Shown here one piece after another: positions 1 through 8,799 of a DNA stretch of 64,000 nt. This DNA is from Chitinophagia bacterium (GTDB lineage: Bacteria > Bacteroidota > Bacteroidia > Chitinophagales > Chitinophagaceae): assembly GCA_009928005.1 (NCBI GenBank), contig RFVO01000001.1, forward strand, positions 2,708 through 66,707, given 5' to 3'. Made by a program: the position numbers and the translations under genes. Numbering within the stretch: position 1 is the stretch's first letter; each line of letters starts with the position of its first letter. The notes beneath the pieces are model-generated. The model saw only the letters and a list, made by a program, of their open reading frames with translations, made no database searches and was not told the origin of the DNA.

Positions 1-274
1 GGGCTCCGTCGGGTGTCATAAAAATAATTTCATCAAACTTGCCCTCTTCTTGTAATTGGTCAATAGCATTTGCTAGCGGTTCACAAAGCATTACCATGCC
101 AGCACCTCCTCCATATTGGTAGTCGTCCACCTGACCATGTTTATTAATTGCCCAGTCTCTGAGGTTATGTAATTTTATTGTAAGCAAACCTTTCTCCTGT
201 GCCCTTTTCATCATGCTATGTTCAAAGGGGCTCGCTAAAAGTTCTGGTAGTACTGTTAAAATTTCAATGGTCAT
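1..274 (-). CDS. trmD: tRNA (guanine37-N1)-methyltransferase TrmD, 5' part only (gene runs off the window start)
   Basis: Not in the ORF track. Reverse complement from the ATG at 272-274 reads MTIEILTVLPELLASPFEHSMMKRAQEKGLLTIKLHNLRDWAINKHGQVDDYQYGGGAGMVMLCEPL... This is the TrmD N-terminus, including the VDDxxYGGGxGMVM motif. Confidence 0.9.
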   Translation of the reverse strand, partial: MTIEILTVLPELLASPFEHSMMKRAQEKGLLTIKLHNLRDWAINKHGQVDDYQYGGGAGMVMLCEPLANAIDQLQEEGKFDEIIFMTPDGA

Positions 275-307
275 ATTGTAAAGATAAAAGAATCCTAAGG
301 ACTTTGT

Positions 308-712
308 TTAATCTAATAAATTTCCTAAATCGCGTCTGTCTTTTTTTGTAGGCCTACCTATTTTACTTAAGCGTTTACCTGTATGAAAAGAGGCGGCTAC
401 TTGATTAACTCTTTCTAATTCTTCAATAGGAGTAAGGTCTTCATAATATTTAATGGCTTCTGCATAGGCTAGTCTTCCTTCTAATAATTGAGTAACTTTA
501 ATCACCCAGTTTTTATGTTCTGTTCTGGCCTCATACTCATCACCAACTACTACATTACGCGAAGCTTTTACTTGCTCGCCTTTTATTTTAACACGGCCTT
601 TATCAATGGCTTCCGTGGCTTGAGATCTTGTTTTAAAAATACGAATAGACCATAAGTACTTATCTAAGCGAACTTTTTTCTTTTCCGTTTTAATAATATC
701 CACAGCTTTCAT
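308..712 (-). CDS. S4-domain RNA-binding protein (Hsp15/HslR-like)
   Basis: VRLDKYLWSIRIFKTRSQATEAIDKGRVKIKGEQVKASRNVVVGDEY is a typical S4 alpha-L motif. Length is 134 aa. Confidence 0.75.
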   Translation of the reverse strand: MKAVDIIKTEKKKVRLDKYLWSIRIFKTRSQATEAIDKGRVKIKGEQVKASRNVVVGDEYEARTEHKNWVIKVTQLLEGRLAYAEAIKYYEDLTPIEELERVNQVAASFHTGKRLSKIGRPTKKDRRDLGNLLD

Positions 713-714
713 GC

Positions 715-2085
715 TTAGGCTTTTTTTTCTGCAAAAAATTGATGGAAGTAAGGTATGGTTTCAATGCCTTTGTAAAAATTAACAATATCATATTTTTCAT
801 TAGGGCTATGCAAGTTGTCGCTATCTAATCCAAATCCCATGAATACAATTTTGACTCCTAATTCTTTTTCAAACAAAGAACAAATAGGAATACTGCCACC
901 ACCTCGAACCGGAATAGGCTCTTTTCCAAAAGTAGTGGCAATAGCTTTTGCAGCACTTTTGTATTCGTGAGAGTCGATTGGTGTAATATAGGGTTCACCT
1001 CCATGATGTTCAAATGCATTCACAGTAATGTAGTCTGGTGCTATTTTTTTAAAGTGTGCAAGAACCATGGCTGTTATTTTTTCAGCCGATTGATTCGGTA
1101 CTAAACGGCAAGAAATTTTTGCAAAAGCTTTAGAAGGTAAAACTGTTTTAGCACCTTCTCCAGTATAGCCTCCCCAAATTCCATTCACTTCTAATGTAGG
1201 TCGAATACCTGTTCTCTCATTGGTGCTATATCCTTTTTCACCCCAAACATTTTGTATGCCTAAATCAGTTTTAAATTCATTTTCATTAAAAGGGGCTTCT
1301 GCCATTTTTTTTCTTTCTGCATCAGTGGATACAATAACATCCTCATAAAAGCCAGGAATAGTGATATGATTATTTTCATCATGACAAGAGGCGATCATTT
1401 TTGAAAGTATAGTAATGGGGTTAGCCACTGCCCCTCCATATACGCCACTATGTAGGTCTCTATTAGGTCCGGTAACTTCTAGTTCTATATAGCTTAAACC
1501 TCTGACTCCAATATCAATAGATGGGGTATCCATACTAATCATTGCAGTGTCACTTATTAATATTACATCTGCTTTTAATAATTCGGTATGTGTTTTAACA
1601 AATGCGGCTAAGTTAGGGCTTCCAATTTCCTCTTCTCCTTCTATAATAAATTTAATATTAGTACATAAAGAATTAGTTTTGGTCATTATCTCTAGGGCTT
1701 TGACATGCATATAAAATTGTCCTTTGTCATCGCATGCACCCCGAGCAAATATTTTACCATCCTTAATAGTGGGGTCAAAAGGGCTACTATGCCAAAGTTC
1801 TAAAGGCTCTGCGGGTTGTACATCGTAATGGCCATATACAAGTACAGTGGGCAGTTTTGGGTCAACATTTATTTCTGCATAAACAATTGGGTGACCTTCT
1901 GTTTCATATATTTTAGTAATGGGGGCACCCGCAACTTGCAAAGATTTTTCTACTGCTTTAGCACAGGCTAACATGTCACCATTGTGTTCAGTCTTGGCAC
2001 TCACACTAGGTATACGTAATAAAGCTAATAGTTCTTCTAAGAAACGGTCTTTGTTTTTTTCTTGATATTCAGACCATGCTTTCAT
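715..2085 (-). CDS. M20-family dipeptidase / metallohydrolase
   Basis: M20 metal-ligand blocks YGHYDVQP, GACDDKG and EGEEEIGS are present. Length is 456 aa. The start lies 2 nt upstream of the next gene's stop. Confidence 0.85.
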   Translation of the reverse strand: MKAWSEYQEKNKDRFLEELLALLRIPSVSAKTEHNGDMLACAKAVEKSLQVAGAPITKIYETEGHPIVYAEINVDPKLPTVLVYGHYDVQPAEPLELWHSSPFDPTIKDGKIFARGACDDKGQFYMHVKALEIMTKTNSLCTNIKFIIEGEEEIGSPNLAAFVKTHTELLKADVILISDTAMISMDTPSIDIGVRGLSYIELEVTGPNRDLHSGVYGGAVANPITILSKMIASCHDENNHITIPGFYEDVIVSTDAERKKMAEAPFNENEFKTDLGIQNVWGEKGYSTNERTGIRPTLEVNGIWGGYTGEGAKTVLPSKAFAKISCRLVPNQSAEKITAMVLAHFKKIAPDYITVNAFEHHGGEPYITPIDSHEYKSAAKAIATTFGKEPIPVRGGGSIPICSLFEKELGVKIVFMGFGLDSDNLHSPNEKYDIVNFYKGIETIPYFHQFFAEKKA

Positions 2086-2121
2086 ATTCTATAATTTTTT
2101 AAATAAAATTTTGATACTTGT

Positions 2122-3108
2122 TTATGCTAATTGATGTTTTCTATCCGATAAAACATTTTCTAAGTTCCAATTTAATTTTTTTTCAAAGGGGGCTTTTCTT
2201 TTTTCACAAATTTCTAGAGTACAAATTGGACAACTAAATGGCATGCAGCCATCTGTATGAATATAAAACTCCACACTGGTGCCAAACTTATTTTTTATTA
2301 ACTGGGTAAAATCATCGACAGCTTCATGCGCTTCATTCACATTATAATACCAAGGTACTGTTAAGTGACAATCTATGTGCATTAAAACACCATATTTGAT
2401 AACTCTTAAATTATGTAGGTCAATCCATTTTGCATTTCTTGATAAATTTATTTCTGTAATAACTTCTTCTAATAATACCATGTCTGCTTCATCCATAATA
2501 CCAGCAAGGGATTGTCTTACAATTTTATAACCATCATAAATTACATAGAGGCCTAAAAATAGTGCAATGAATGCGTCAATTTTTTCATAACCTGTAATAA
2601 GTAATAATATTATTCCAATTGCAACGGATGCGGTAGTAAAAAAATCAATTTTAAAAAGTTTACCTGATGAAATGATGGCTAAAGATTTATTTTTTTTACC
2701 AATACCATTTAAAATAAGCGCTGTAACTAAATTAATAATTGCAATCATTACTAGTAACCAAATCCCATTATTGAGGTTGTGTAAACTTACGGGGTGAATA
2801 AAGCTATCTATGGCTTTATATATAATTAAACATCCTATGCCTACAATTAGACTGCCCTGAAAAGCTGCAGATACAAACTCTGCTTTCCCATGACCATATG
2901 GATGGTCTTTGTCCTTAGGTTTGGAAGCTATAAATAAGCTATAGGATCCAACCAAGGTAGCTACAATATTTACAACACTTTCAAGGGTGTCAGATAAAAC
3001 CGACAAGGAGTGGGTTAATATATAAGTAACGACTTTTAGTACAAAAACAACTATGGTTAAAGCAGTTACAAAATATTGAACTTTCAAATTTTGTTTAGAG
3101 TAAGGCAC
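2122..3108 (-). CDS. cation diffusion facilitator (CDF) family metal efflux transporter with Cys-rich C-terminal tail
   Basis: Six predicted TM helices followed by a cytoplasmic domain, with CDF-like HPYGHGKAEF and SLSVLSDTLES blocks. The tail carries CMPFSCPICTLEIC. Confidence 0.8.
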   Translation of the reverse strand: MPYSKQNLKVQYFVTALTIVVFVLKVVTYILTHSLSVLSDTLESVVNIVATLVGSYSLFIASKPKDKDHPYGHGKAEFVSAAFQGSLIVGIGCLIIYKAIDSFIHPVSLHNLNNGIWLLVMIAIINLVTALILNGIGKKNKSLAIISSGKLFKIDFFTTASVAIGIILLLITGYEKIDAFIALFLGLYVIYDGYKIVRQSLAGIMDEADMVLLEEVITEINLSRNAKWIDLHNLRVIKYGVLMHIDCHLTVPWYYNVNEAHEAVDDFTQLIKNKFGTSVEFYIHTDGCMPFSCPICTLEICEKRKAPFEKKLNWNLENVLSDRKHQLA

Positions 3109-3115
3109 GTTGGAA

Positions 3116-3877
3116 TTATTTTTTAGTGATTACCTCTGCGTATTTTTTCTGCACAAATTCCCAATTTACTAAGTTCCAAAAAGCATTGATATAGTCTGGG
3201 CGTTTATTTTGATACTTTAAATAATAAGCATGTTCCCAAACATCTAAACCTAAAATTGGTGTACCTTTTGTTTCAGCTATGTCCATTAATGGATTGTCTT
3301 GGTTAGGTGTTGAACAAACGGCCAAAGTATTATCAGCTTTAATTATTAACCATGCCCATCCACTACCAAATCTTGTTTTTGCTGCATCACTAAATACTGT
3401 TTTAAAATTGTCTAATGAACCAAAGCTTTTATTAATTGCTTCATTTAATTCACCAGTAGGGATGCTAGCGGGTGCGGGCTTCATCATTTGCCAAAACATT
3501 TCGTGGTTAAAATGTCCGCCAGCATTATTTCTCATTTTGGGAGAATAATGCGAAATATTTTTTATAAGATCTGTTAAAGAATAAGTTTGAGTATCCAATT
3601 TTTCTGCAAGCGCAGCGTCTGCTAAATTTTTAGCGTAAGTAGCAGCATGTTTTGTATAATGAATTTCCATGGTCATAGCATCAATAAAAGGTTCCAATGC
3701 AGTGTAGCTATAGTTTAATGGTTGTTGTGCATATTCATTTACTACAGAAAATTTTGTCTTTGAATGAATAGAAGTTATTGGATTTATTTTAGCCATTAGA
3801 GGCATCGCCGCAAGGGCCATACCCGCTTTACCAGAAGTGGAGATAAACTGACGTCTGTTTTGAGTAGATTTTGACAT
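3116..3877 (-). CDS. Fe/Mn superoxide dismutase with twin-arginine (Tat) signal peptide
   Basis: SOD signatures MEIHYTKH and [15 protein letters not shown]. The N-terminus [23 protein letters not shown] fits the Tat consensus S/T-R-R-x-F-L. Confidence 0.9.
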   Translation of the reverse strand: MSKSTQNRRQFISTSGKAGMALAAMPLMAKINPITSIHSKTKFSVVNEYAQQPLNYSYTALEPFIDAMTMEIHYTKHAATYAKNLADAALAEKLDTQTYSLTDLIKNISHYSPKMRNNAGGHFNHEMFWQMMKPAPASIPTGELNEAINKSFGSLDNFKTVFSDAAKTRFGSGWAWLIIKADNTLAVCSTPNQDNPLMDIAETKGTPILGLDVWEHAYYLKYQNKRPDYINAFWNLVNWEFVQKKYAEVITKK

Positions 3878-3881
3878 GGTA

Positions 3882-5309
3882 TTATTTTTTAAAGTACTTC
3901 TGTAAAGTTACTTTAATTGGCTGTAATAGTCGGTAGTAAAATTCCTGGTTAAAGAGTTGGGAATCACGCATTGCCTTATAGGTTAAAAATAGACCAACGG
4001 GGATCAAAATTATAGACGACATCCACATACCAGAAAATACATCCCACTGCCCAGATTTGGCTAATTTTTCTCCAAAATTATTGAGTAAGAAAAATAACAC
4101 AAAAAAGATAATGGCTAAAACTAAGGGTGTTCCAAGGCCTCCTTTTCTAATAATAGAACCCAAGGGAGCGCCAATTAAAAACAACACAAAGCAGGCAAAG
4201 GACAAAGTAAATTTTCGATGCCATTCTATTCCATGTAATGCGTTTGCTTTTTTATTTTCTTTATAGGTATCTGAAATAGCGGTAAGATTGTATAATAAAG
4301 AAGAAAATTGATAGCCTGAAGTGAGTTGAATACTATTAATTAAAGAATCTGGAATGAGTTTATCAAAGCTTTTTAAAGGTTTGCTATTTTTCTTTTTTAT
4401 GAATAGTTGATTGCTGTCTTTAAAGTTCATAAACTTTAAATAGGAGGCCACATCTGCATTCGTTTTTTTAATGAAGAAACTGTCTTTATTTTGAAGGGAA
4501 TCCATGGCCTTACTAAGTTGTCTTACACTTAACATTTTTGGGTCATATAATACATCACCATTTTTATTCATCTGAAAACTTTTAAGATCAAATACTTTTT
4601 TATATTCTTTGAAATAAAGCCTGGTGAATTCTGTATTGGTAGTACTACGTGCACCTCTTTCTTGGTATCGCCAACCATTGTACATAACAAATTCTAAAAA
4701 CTTTTTATTAGGGGAAACACGCATTACACCCGATTCGGCCATGATTAAATTATCTTGTAATCCAAATCTTTTTTCAAAGATGGTGATATTATGCATAACA
4801 CTATCATTTGACTCTTTCTTACCTAGTTTAATAACATAGCCGTCAATTTTATCATAAAAAATACCTTCCTTTAAATCAATGGCAGGCTTGGCTATAATGA
4901 TTTCATATTTTAAATTGGTAAGCTTCATCTGCGTTACCGGGATAATATTATTTGAAAATAAAAAAGCAATGCCCGCTAAAAAAATAGTGAAAATAAAAAG
5001 TGGACGCATAAAGCGAATCAAAGGAATGCCTGCTGCTTTAATGGCAATGAGCTCAAAACTTTCTCCTAAATTACCAAAGGTCATGATGGAAGAAAATAAT
5101 AAAGCTAAAGGAAGAGCAGTGGTAAAAGTACTTACAGAAACTAGCCCTACTAATTCTAAAATTGTAAGTAAGTCTAATCCTTTACCAACTAAGTCGTCAA
5201 TATATAACCAAAAGAATTGCATGGTCAGCACAAAAGTTGAAATAGTGAGTGCTGCCAAAAAAGGGCCTATGAAGGCTTTAAGAATTAGTATGTCTAATTT
5301 CTTGAACAA
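3882..5309 (-). CDS. LptF/LptG-family (YjgP/YjgQ) LPS export permease
   Basis: N-terminus [36 protein letters not shown] and the TM / large periplasmic loop / TM layout are typical of LptF/G. Confidence 0.75.
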   Translation of the reverse strand: MFKKLDILILKAFIGPFLAALTISTFVLTMQFFWLYIDDLVGKGLDLLTILELVGLVSVSTFTTALPLALLFSSIMTFGNLGESFELIAIKAAGIPLIRFMRPLFIFTIFLAGIAFLFSNNIIPVTQMKLTNLKYEIIIAKPAIDLKEGIFYDKIDGYVIKLGKKESNDSVMHNITIFEKRFGLQDNLIMAESGVMRVSPNKKFLEFVMYNGWRYQERGARSTTNTEFTRLYFKEYKKVFDLKSFQMNKNGDVLYDPKMLSVRQLSKAMDSLQNKDSFFIKKTNADVASYLKFMNFKDSNQLFIKKKNSKPLKSFDKLIPDSLINSIQLTSGYQFSSLLYNLTAISDTYKENKKANALHGIEWHRKFTLSFACFVLFLIGAPLGSIIRKGGLGTPLVLAIIFFVLFFLLNNFGEKLAKSGQWDVFSGMWMSSIILIPVGLFLTYKAMRDSQLFNQEFYYRLLQPIKVTLQKYFKK

Positions 5310-5319
5310 AATGTGGATG

Positions 5320-5703
5320 CTAACTACCTATGCGATGAAAGAGCTCTTTAATCTGATATTCCCAAAGTCGACTCTGATCTTTGACTTCGTTTTTTTCAGC
5401 AAAATCTTTCACGATTAAAATAGTTTGATTTGAAATTTCAGTTTTTTCAATTCTAAATTCGAAATATTCATTCTTCTCTCCATGTAACCATCTAAACTTT
5501 ATGAATTTATCAGGCTCTTGGTCAACTAATTCTGCTTTATCTGGAACACCTCCATTCCATGAGAAACTAAAAACATTTTCCCATTCATCTACTTTGTCTG
5601 CAAACCACTCTTGTAACCCAGAAGCAGTGGATAAAAATTCAAATAATATATTAGGCGAACATCTCACCGGAAATTCAAGCGTAAATAATTGTTTCTTACT
5701 CAT
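5320..5703 (-). CDS. START-like / AHSA1 (SRPBCC) domain protein
   Basis: 127 aa. The pattern FPVRCSPNILFEFLSTASGLQEWFADKV...FRW resembles the Bacteroidota START-like family. Confidence 0.55.
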   Translation of the reverse strand: MSKKQLFTLEFPVRCSPNILFEFLSTASGLQEWFADKVDEWENVFSFSWNGGVPDKAELVDQEPDKFIKFRWLHGEKNEYFEFRIEKTEISNQTILIVKDFAEKNEVKDQSRLWEYQIKELFHRIGS

Positions 5704-5948
5704 ATATAACTAGCACCTCTTTAAAAAATGGATACGTTTGATGCAATAATATTAAATAAAGGTTAGGTTCCAAGTATTTTTTAATATTTATTAGTTAACA
5801 ATCTGTCAAGACATAATTTACATATTATTTAAATAACTATAAGTATATGATAATCAATATATTATATCATATTAGAATACATATTAATTTACCCATTTTA
5901 ATGTATTTATACCTTTTGAATTGATGGTCTAGACTCGTTATGATCACT

Positions 5949-5956
5949 TATCTTTG
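5949..5956 (+). promoter_or_regulatory. candidate Bacteroidota sigma-A -7 box (TATCTTTG) for ffh
   Basis: Exact TAnnTTTG, 20 nt upstream of the ffh ATG. Confidence 0.5.
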
Positions 5957-5976
5957 CTCCCCTTAATGTTGTAAGT

Positions 5977-7308
5977 ATGTTTAATAGTTTAAGTGAAAAA
6001 TTAGAATCTGCGTTTAAGCACCTAAAAGGTCAGGCGAGAATTAATGAATTAAATGTTGCCAATACCTTAAAAGATATTAGAAAGGCATTGTTGGATGCAG
6101 ATGTCAATTTTAAAATTGCCAAAGATTTTACAGATAGTATTAAAGAGAAAGCTATTGGCGCTAAAGTAATTAATGCCATTAGTCCTGGACAATTAATGGT
6201 AAAAATTGTTCAAGATGAATTAACGGCTTTAATGGGTAATGAAACTTCTTTGATGGATCTTTCTAAAAGCCCTACTATAATTTTGGTAGCAGGTTTACAA
6301 GGTTCTGGTAAAACTACTTTTTCTGGAAAGTTGGCTAACTATTTAAAGGCACAAAAAAAATCTCCCTTACTAGTGGCAGCAGATATTTATCGTCCTGCAG
6401 CAATGGATCAATTAACTTTATTAGCAGAGCAAATAGGAGTAGATGTTTTTGTAGAAAGAGAAAATAAAAATGCAGTTTCAATAGCACAAAATGCATTGGT
6501 ATATGCAAAGGCCAATAATAAAAATGTAATTATCATTGATACAGCGGGACGCTTAGCAGTCGATGAATTGATGATGAATGAAGTAGCTGCCATTAAAAAT
6601 GAAATTCAACCACAAGAAATATTATTCGTTGTAGACTCAATGACAGGGCAAGATGCAGTAAATACAGCTAAGGTTTTTAATGAGCGTTTAGATTTCACAG
6701 GAGTAGTTTTAACAAAATTAGATGGCGATACCAGAGGGGGTGCAGCTTTGTCAATTAAATACACAGTCAATAAACCTATCAAGTTTATGAGCAGTGGTGA
6801 AAAATTAGATACACTCACTGTTTTTCATCCAGAGAGGATGGCCCAAAGAATTTTAGGCATGGGTGATATTACTTCTTTAGTAGAAAAAGCGCAGTCGCAA
6901 TTTGATGAAGCAGAAGCCAAAAAATTAGAAAAAAGAATTCGAAAAAATCAATTTGATTTTGAAGATTTCTTAACACAGATACAGCAGATTAAAAAAATGG
7001 GTAACTTAAAAGATTTGATGGGAATGATTCCAGGTATGGGCAAAAGTTTAAAAGATGTAGATATTAAAGACGACGCTTTTAAAGGAGTGGAAGCTATTAT
7101 CCAATCGATGACTGTTATTGAAAGAAGAAATCCAGACTTGCTTTCAACAAGTCGCAAACAAAGAATTGCCAAAGGATCGGGTAAGGATATAGGAGAAATA
7201 AATGCTTTTATGAAGCAGTTTGACCAAATGAAGCAGATGATGAAGCAAATGTCTGGCGGTTCTATGCCTGGTAAAATGCCTGGTAAAATGCCTGGTTTGA
7301 GGCGTTAA
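5977..7308 (+). CDS. ffh: signal recognition particle protein Ffh
   Basis: GTPase motifs GLQGSGKTT, DTAGR and TKLDGD, plus a Met-rich M domain ending MPGKMPGKMPG. Confidence 0.97.
   Translation: MFNSLSEKLESAFKHLKGQARINELNVANTLKDIRKALLDADVNFKIAKDFTDSIKEKAIGAKVINAISPGQLMVKIVQDELTALMGNETSLMDLSKSPTIILVAGLQGSGKTTFSGKLANYLKAQKKSPLLVAADIYRPAAMDQLTLLAEQIGVDVFVERENKNAVSIAQNALVYAKANNKNVIIIDTAGRLAVDELMMNEVAAIKNEIQPQEILFVVDSMTGQDAVNTAKVFNERLDFTGVVLTKLDGDTRGGAALSIKYTVNKPIKFMSSGEKLDTLTVFHPERMAQRILGMGDITSLVEKAQSQFDEAEAKKLEKRIRKNQFDFEDFLTQIQQIKKMGNLKDLMGMIPGMGKSLKDVDIKDDAFKGVEAIIQSMTVIERRNPDLLSTSRKQRIAKGSGKDIGEINAFMKQFDQMKQMMKQMSGGSMPGKMPGKMPGLRR
7264..7296 (+). repeat. perfect in-frame 12-nt tandem repeat (atgcctggtaaa x2.75) encoding (MPGK)n at the Ffh C-terminus
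   Basis: Read directly: atgcctggtaaa atgcctggtaaa atgcctggt. Confidence 0.9.
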
Positions 7309-7320
7309 TTTTGAGCTAAC

Positions 7321-7350
7321 TAATTGATATTCATTTATTAATATCAATTA
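7321..7350 (+). terminator. AT-rich hairpin 13 nt after the ffh stop (possible terminator or processing site)
   Basis: TAATTGATATT / AATATCAATTA form a perfect 11-bp stem with an 8-nt loop. There is no immediately adjacent U-run (AAGACCTTTTT follows). Confidence 0.35.
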
Positions 7351-7363
7351 AAGACCTTTTTCC

Positions 7364-7394
7364 TTTGTTTATTGCCTGCTTTATATTATCTTCG
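7364..7394 (+). promoter_or_regulatory. candidate rpsP promoter: -33 TTTG (7364-7367) and near-consensus -7 TATCTTCG (7387-7394)
   Basis: The 19-nt spacing between the two elements matches Bacteroidota promoter architecture. The -7 box has one mismatch (C for T). Confidence 0.4.
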
Positions 7395-7440
7395 CAGCCG
7401 GTTAACCCTATTTAATAACGCCTATAAATTTCTATTTAAC

Positions 7441-7938
7441 ATGGCAGTAAAAATGAGACTACAACGTCACGGTAGTAAAAAAAGGCCTTTCTACTTTATA
7501 GTAGTGGCTGACGGACGTGCACCAAGAGATGGTAAATTCATCCAAAAAATTGGTACTTACAACCCATTAACAGTTCCTGCAACTATCCAATTGGATCGTC
7601 AAAAGGCATTGGAGTGGTTAAACAAAGGTGCTCAACCTACAGACACCGTTCACAGAATTTTATCTTTCAAAGGAGTTCTTTATTTGAAGCATTTACTTCG
7701 TGGAGTAAAATTAGGTTTGTTTGATGATGCAACCGCAATGGAGAAATTCCAAACTTGGTATGCAGCGCATGAAGCAAAAATTGCCAGCACAAGTGATACA
7801 CACAAAAAAGCAGAAGCTGCTAAAAAAGTGTATGTACCTGTTGCAAAAAAAGTAGCAGAACCAGTAGCAGAAGAAGCTGCGCCAGTAGCTGAAGCATCTG
7901 CTGAAGCCGCTACAGAAGAAACACCTGCTGCAGAATAA
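7441..7938 (+). CDS. rpsP: 30S ribosomal protein S16, long form with Ala/Glu/Pro-rich C-terminal extension
   Basis: [31 protein letters not shown] is the S16 N-terminus. The ORF-track start at 7372 is a non-ATG upstream extension and is rejected. Confidence 0.95.
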   Translation: MAVKMRLQRHGSKKRPFYFIVVADGRAPRDGKFIQKIGTYNPLTVPATIQLDRQKALEWLNKGAQPTDTVHRILSFKGVLYLKHLLRGVKLGLFDDATAMEKFQTWYAAHEAKIASTSDTHKKAEAAKKVYVPVAKKVAEPVAEEAAPVAEASAEAATEETPAAE

Positions 7939-7965
7939 TTTTAAAATTAATTTAGCTTTATAAAG

Positions 7966-8002
7966 CCCCCGGTTCCTATCAACGGAATTGGGGGTTTTTT
8001 TT
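7966..8002 (+). terminator. rho-independent terminator after rpsP
   Basis: CCCCCGGTTCC-tatcaac-GGAATTGGGGG (11-bp stem with G-U pairs) followed by T8. Confidence 0.75.
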
Positions 8003-8039
8003 GAAAATGATTTTGTCGATAAAAGAATTAAATTAGCAA

Positions 8040-8573
8040 ATGAGTCAATATATACATATAGGTAAAATTGTTGCACCCCATGGCATTTCGGGTCATCTCA
8101 TTTTAGAGCATGCACTCGGTAAACCTATTAACTTTAAAGGTATTGATGCCCTATTTGTAGAAAAAAATGCAGCTAGTTTTATTCCTTATTTTATTCAAAG
8201 TGCCTCTGCAAAAACAGAAACCATTACTCATTTACAATTGGAAGGCATTAATAGTAGAGAAGCAACTGCGCTATTATTGGGGAAAAAAGTTTGGCTACCT
8301 CAAGATGAATTTCAAAAATTAGTAGACAAGCAATCTCCTTTGGCCTTACTCGGCTATTCGGTCGTGGAAGCCGGAAAGGTTATAGGGGTTATTCAAGAAG
8401 TGATTGAACAACCACATCAATTAATGGTGACTATATTATACCAAGGTCAAGAAGCCTATATACCATTGCATGAAGAAAGTTTAAAAGCGGTGAATCATAA
8501 GGCCAAAACCATTAGTGTTGAACTGCCCGATGGTTTATTAGATTTATATAAAGCAGCACCTTCGGAGGAATAA
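8040..8573 (+). CDS. rimM: 16S rRNA processing protein RimM
   Basis: N-terminus IHIGKIVAPHGISGHLILEH plus a PRC-barrel C-terminus. Conserved position after rpsP. Confidence 0.9.
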   Translation: MSQYIHIGKIVAPHGISGHLILEHALGKPINFKGIDALFVEKNAASFIPYFIQSASAKTETITHLQLEGINSREATALLLGKKVWLPQDEFQKLVDKQSPLALLGYSVVEAGKVIGVIQEVIEQPHQLMVTILYQGQEAYIPLHEESLKAVNHKAKTISVELPDGLLDLYKAAPSEE

Positions 8574-8684
8574 ATAGCTACTTATAAATGAGTAGTTACG
8601 GCCTTGCAAAAAGTTCTGTATTCATTCATCAACTTTATTTATTAGAAGACTTTAATATAATTTTAAAAATAGTTTATTAAAAGT

Positions 8685-8699
8685 CTACTAAATTAGTAG
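8685..8699. promoter_or_regulatory. perfect 7-1-7 palindrome CTACTAA-A-TTAGTAG (candidate operator) overlapping the -33 region of the peroxiredoxin promoter
   Basis: Read directly. It ends 8 nt upstream of the -7 box at 8708. A degenerate copy, CTACTTA-taaa-TGAGTAG, lies at 8578-8595. Confidence 0.4.
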
Positions 8700-8707
8700 G
8701 AAATATA

Positions 8708-8715
8708 TATCTTTG
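8708..8715 (+). promoter_or_regulatory. candidate -7 box (TATCTTTG) for the peroxiredoxin gene
   Basis: Exact TAnnTTTG, 84 nt upstream of the ATG at 8800. Confidence 0.45.
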
Positions 8716-8799
8716 TGCTCTCATTTAATCAAGATGGTGAAATAATCATTTAAAATGGGGGGATTGAAAAAAGAAGATTCAACATTAAAATAAAAATTT

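Noticed and set aside
4879-5418. 179-aa plus-strand ORF overlapping lptF/G and the START-like gene
   Set aside because: It is antisense to two good genes and spans their junction. Its sequence is Lys/Ile-rich low complexity, and it has no independent signals.
5847-5870. Fur-box-like AT-rich element ATGATAATCAATATATTATATCAT in the START-like/ffh divergent spacer
   Set aside because: Only the outer ATGATA/TATCAT hexamers are symmetric, and the inner halves do not match a 7-1-7 or 6-6-6 Fur arrangement. In a spacer this AT-rich, such similarity is expected by chance, and neither flanking gene is iron-related.
8755-8793. 12-codon uORF (MGGLKKEDSTLK) in the peroxiredoxin leader
   Set aside because: It is short and has no recognisable conservation signal. 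Short ATG-initiated frames are frequent in AT-rich leaders. It is mentioned only within the operator finding.
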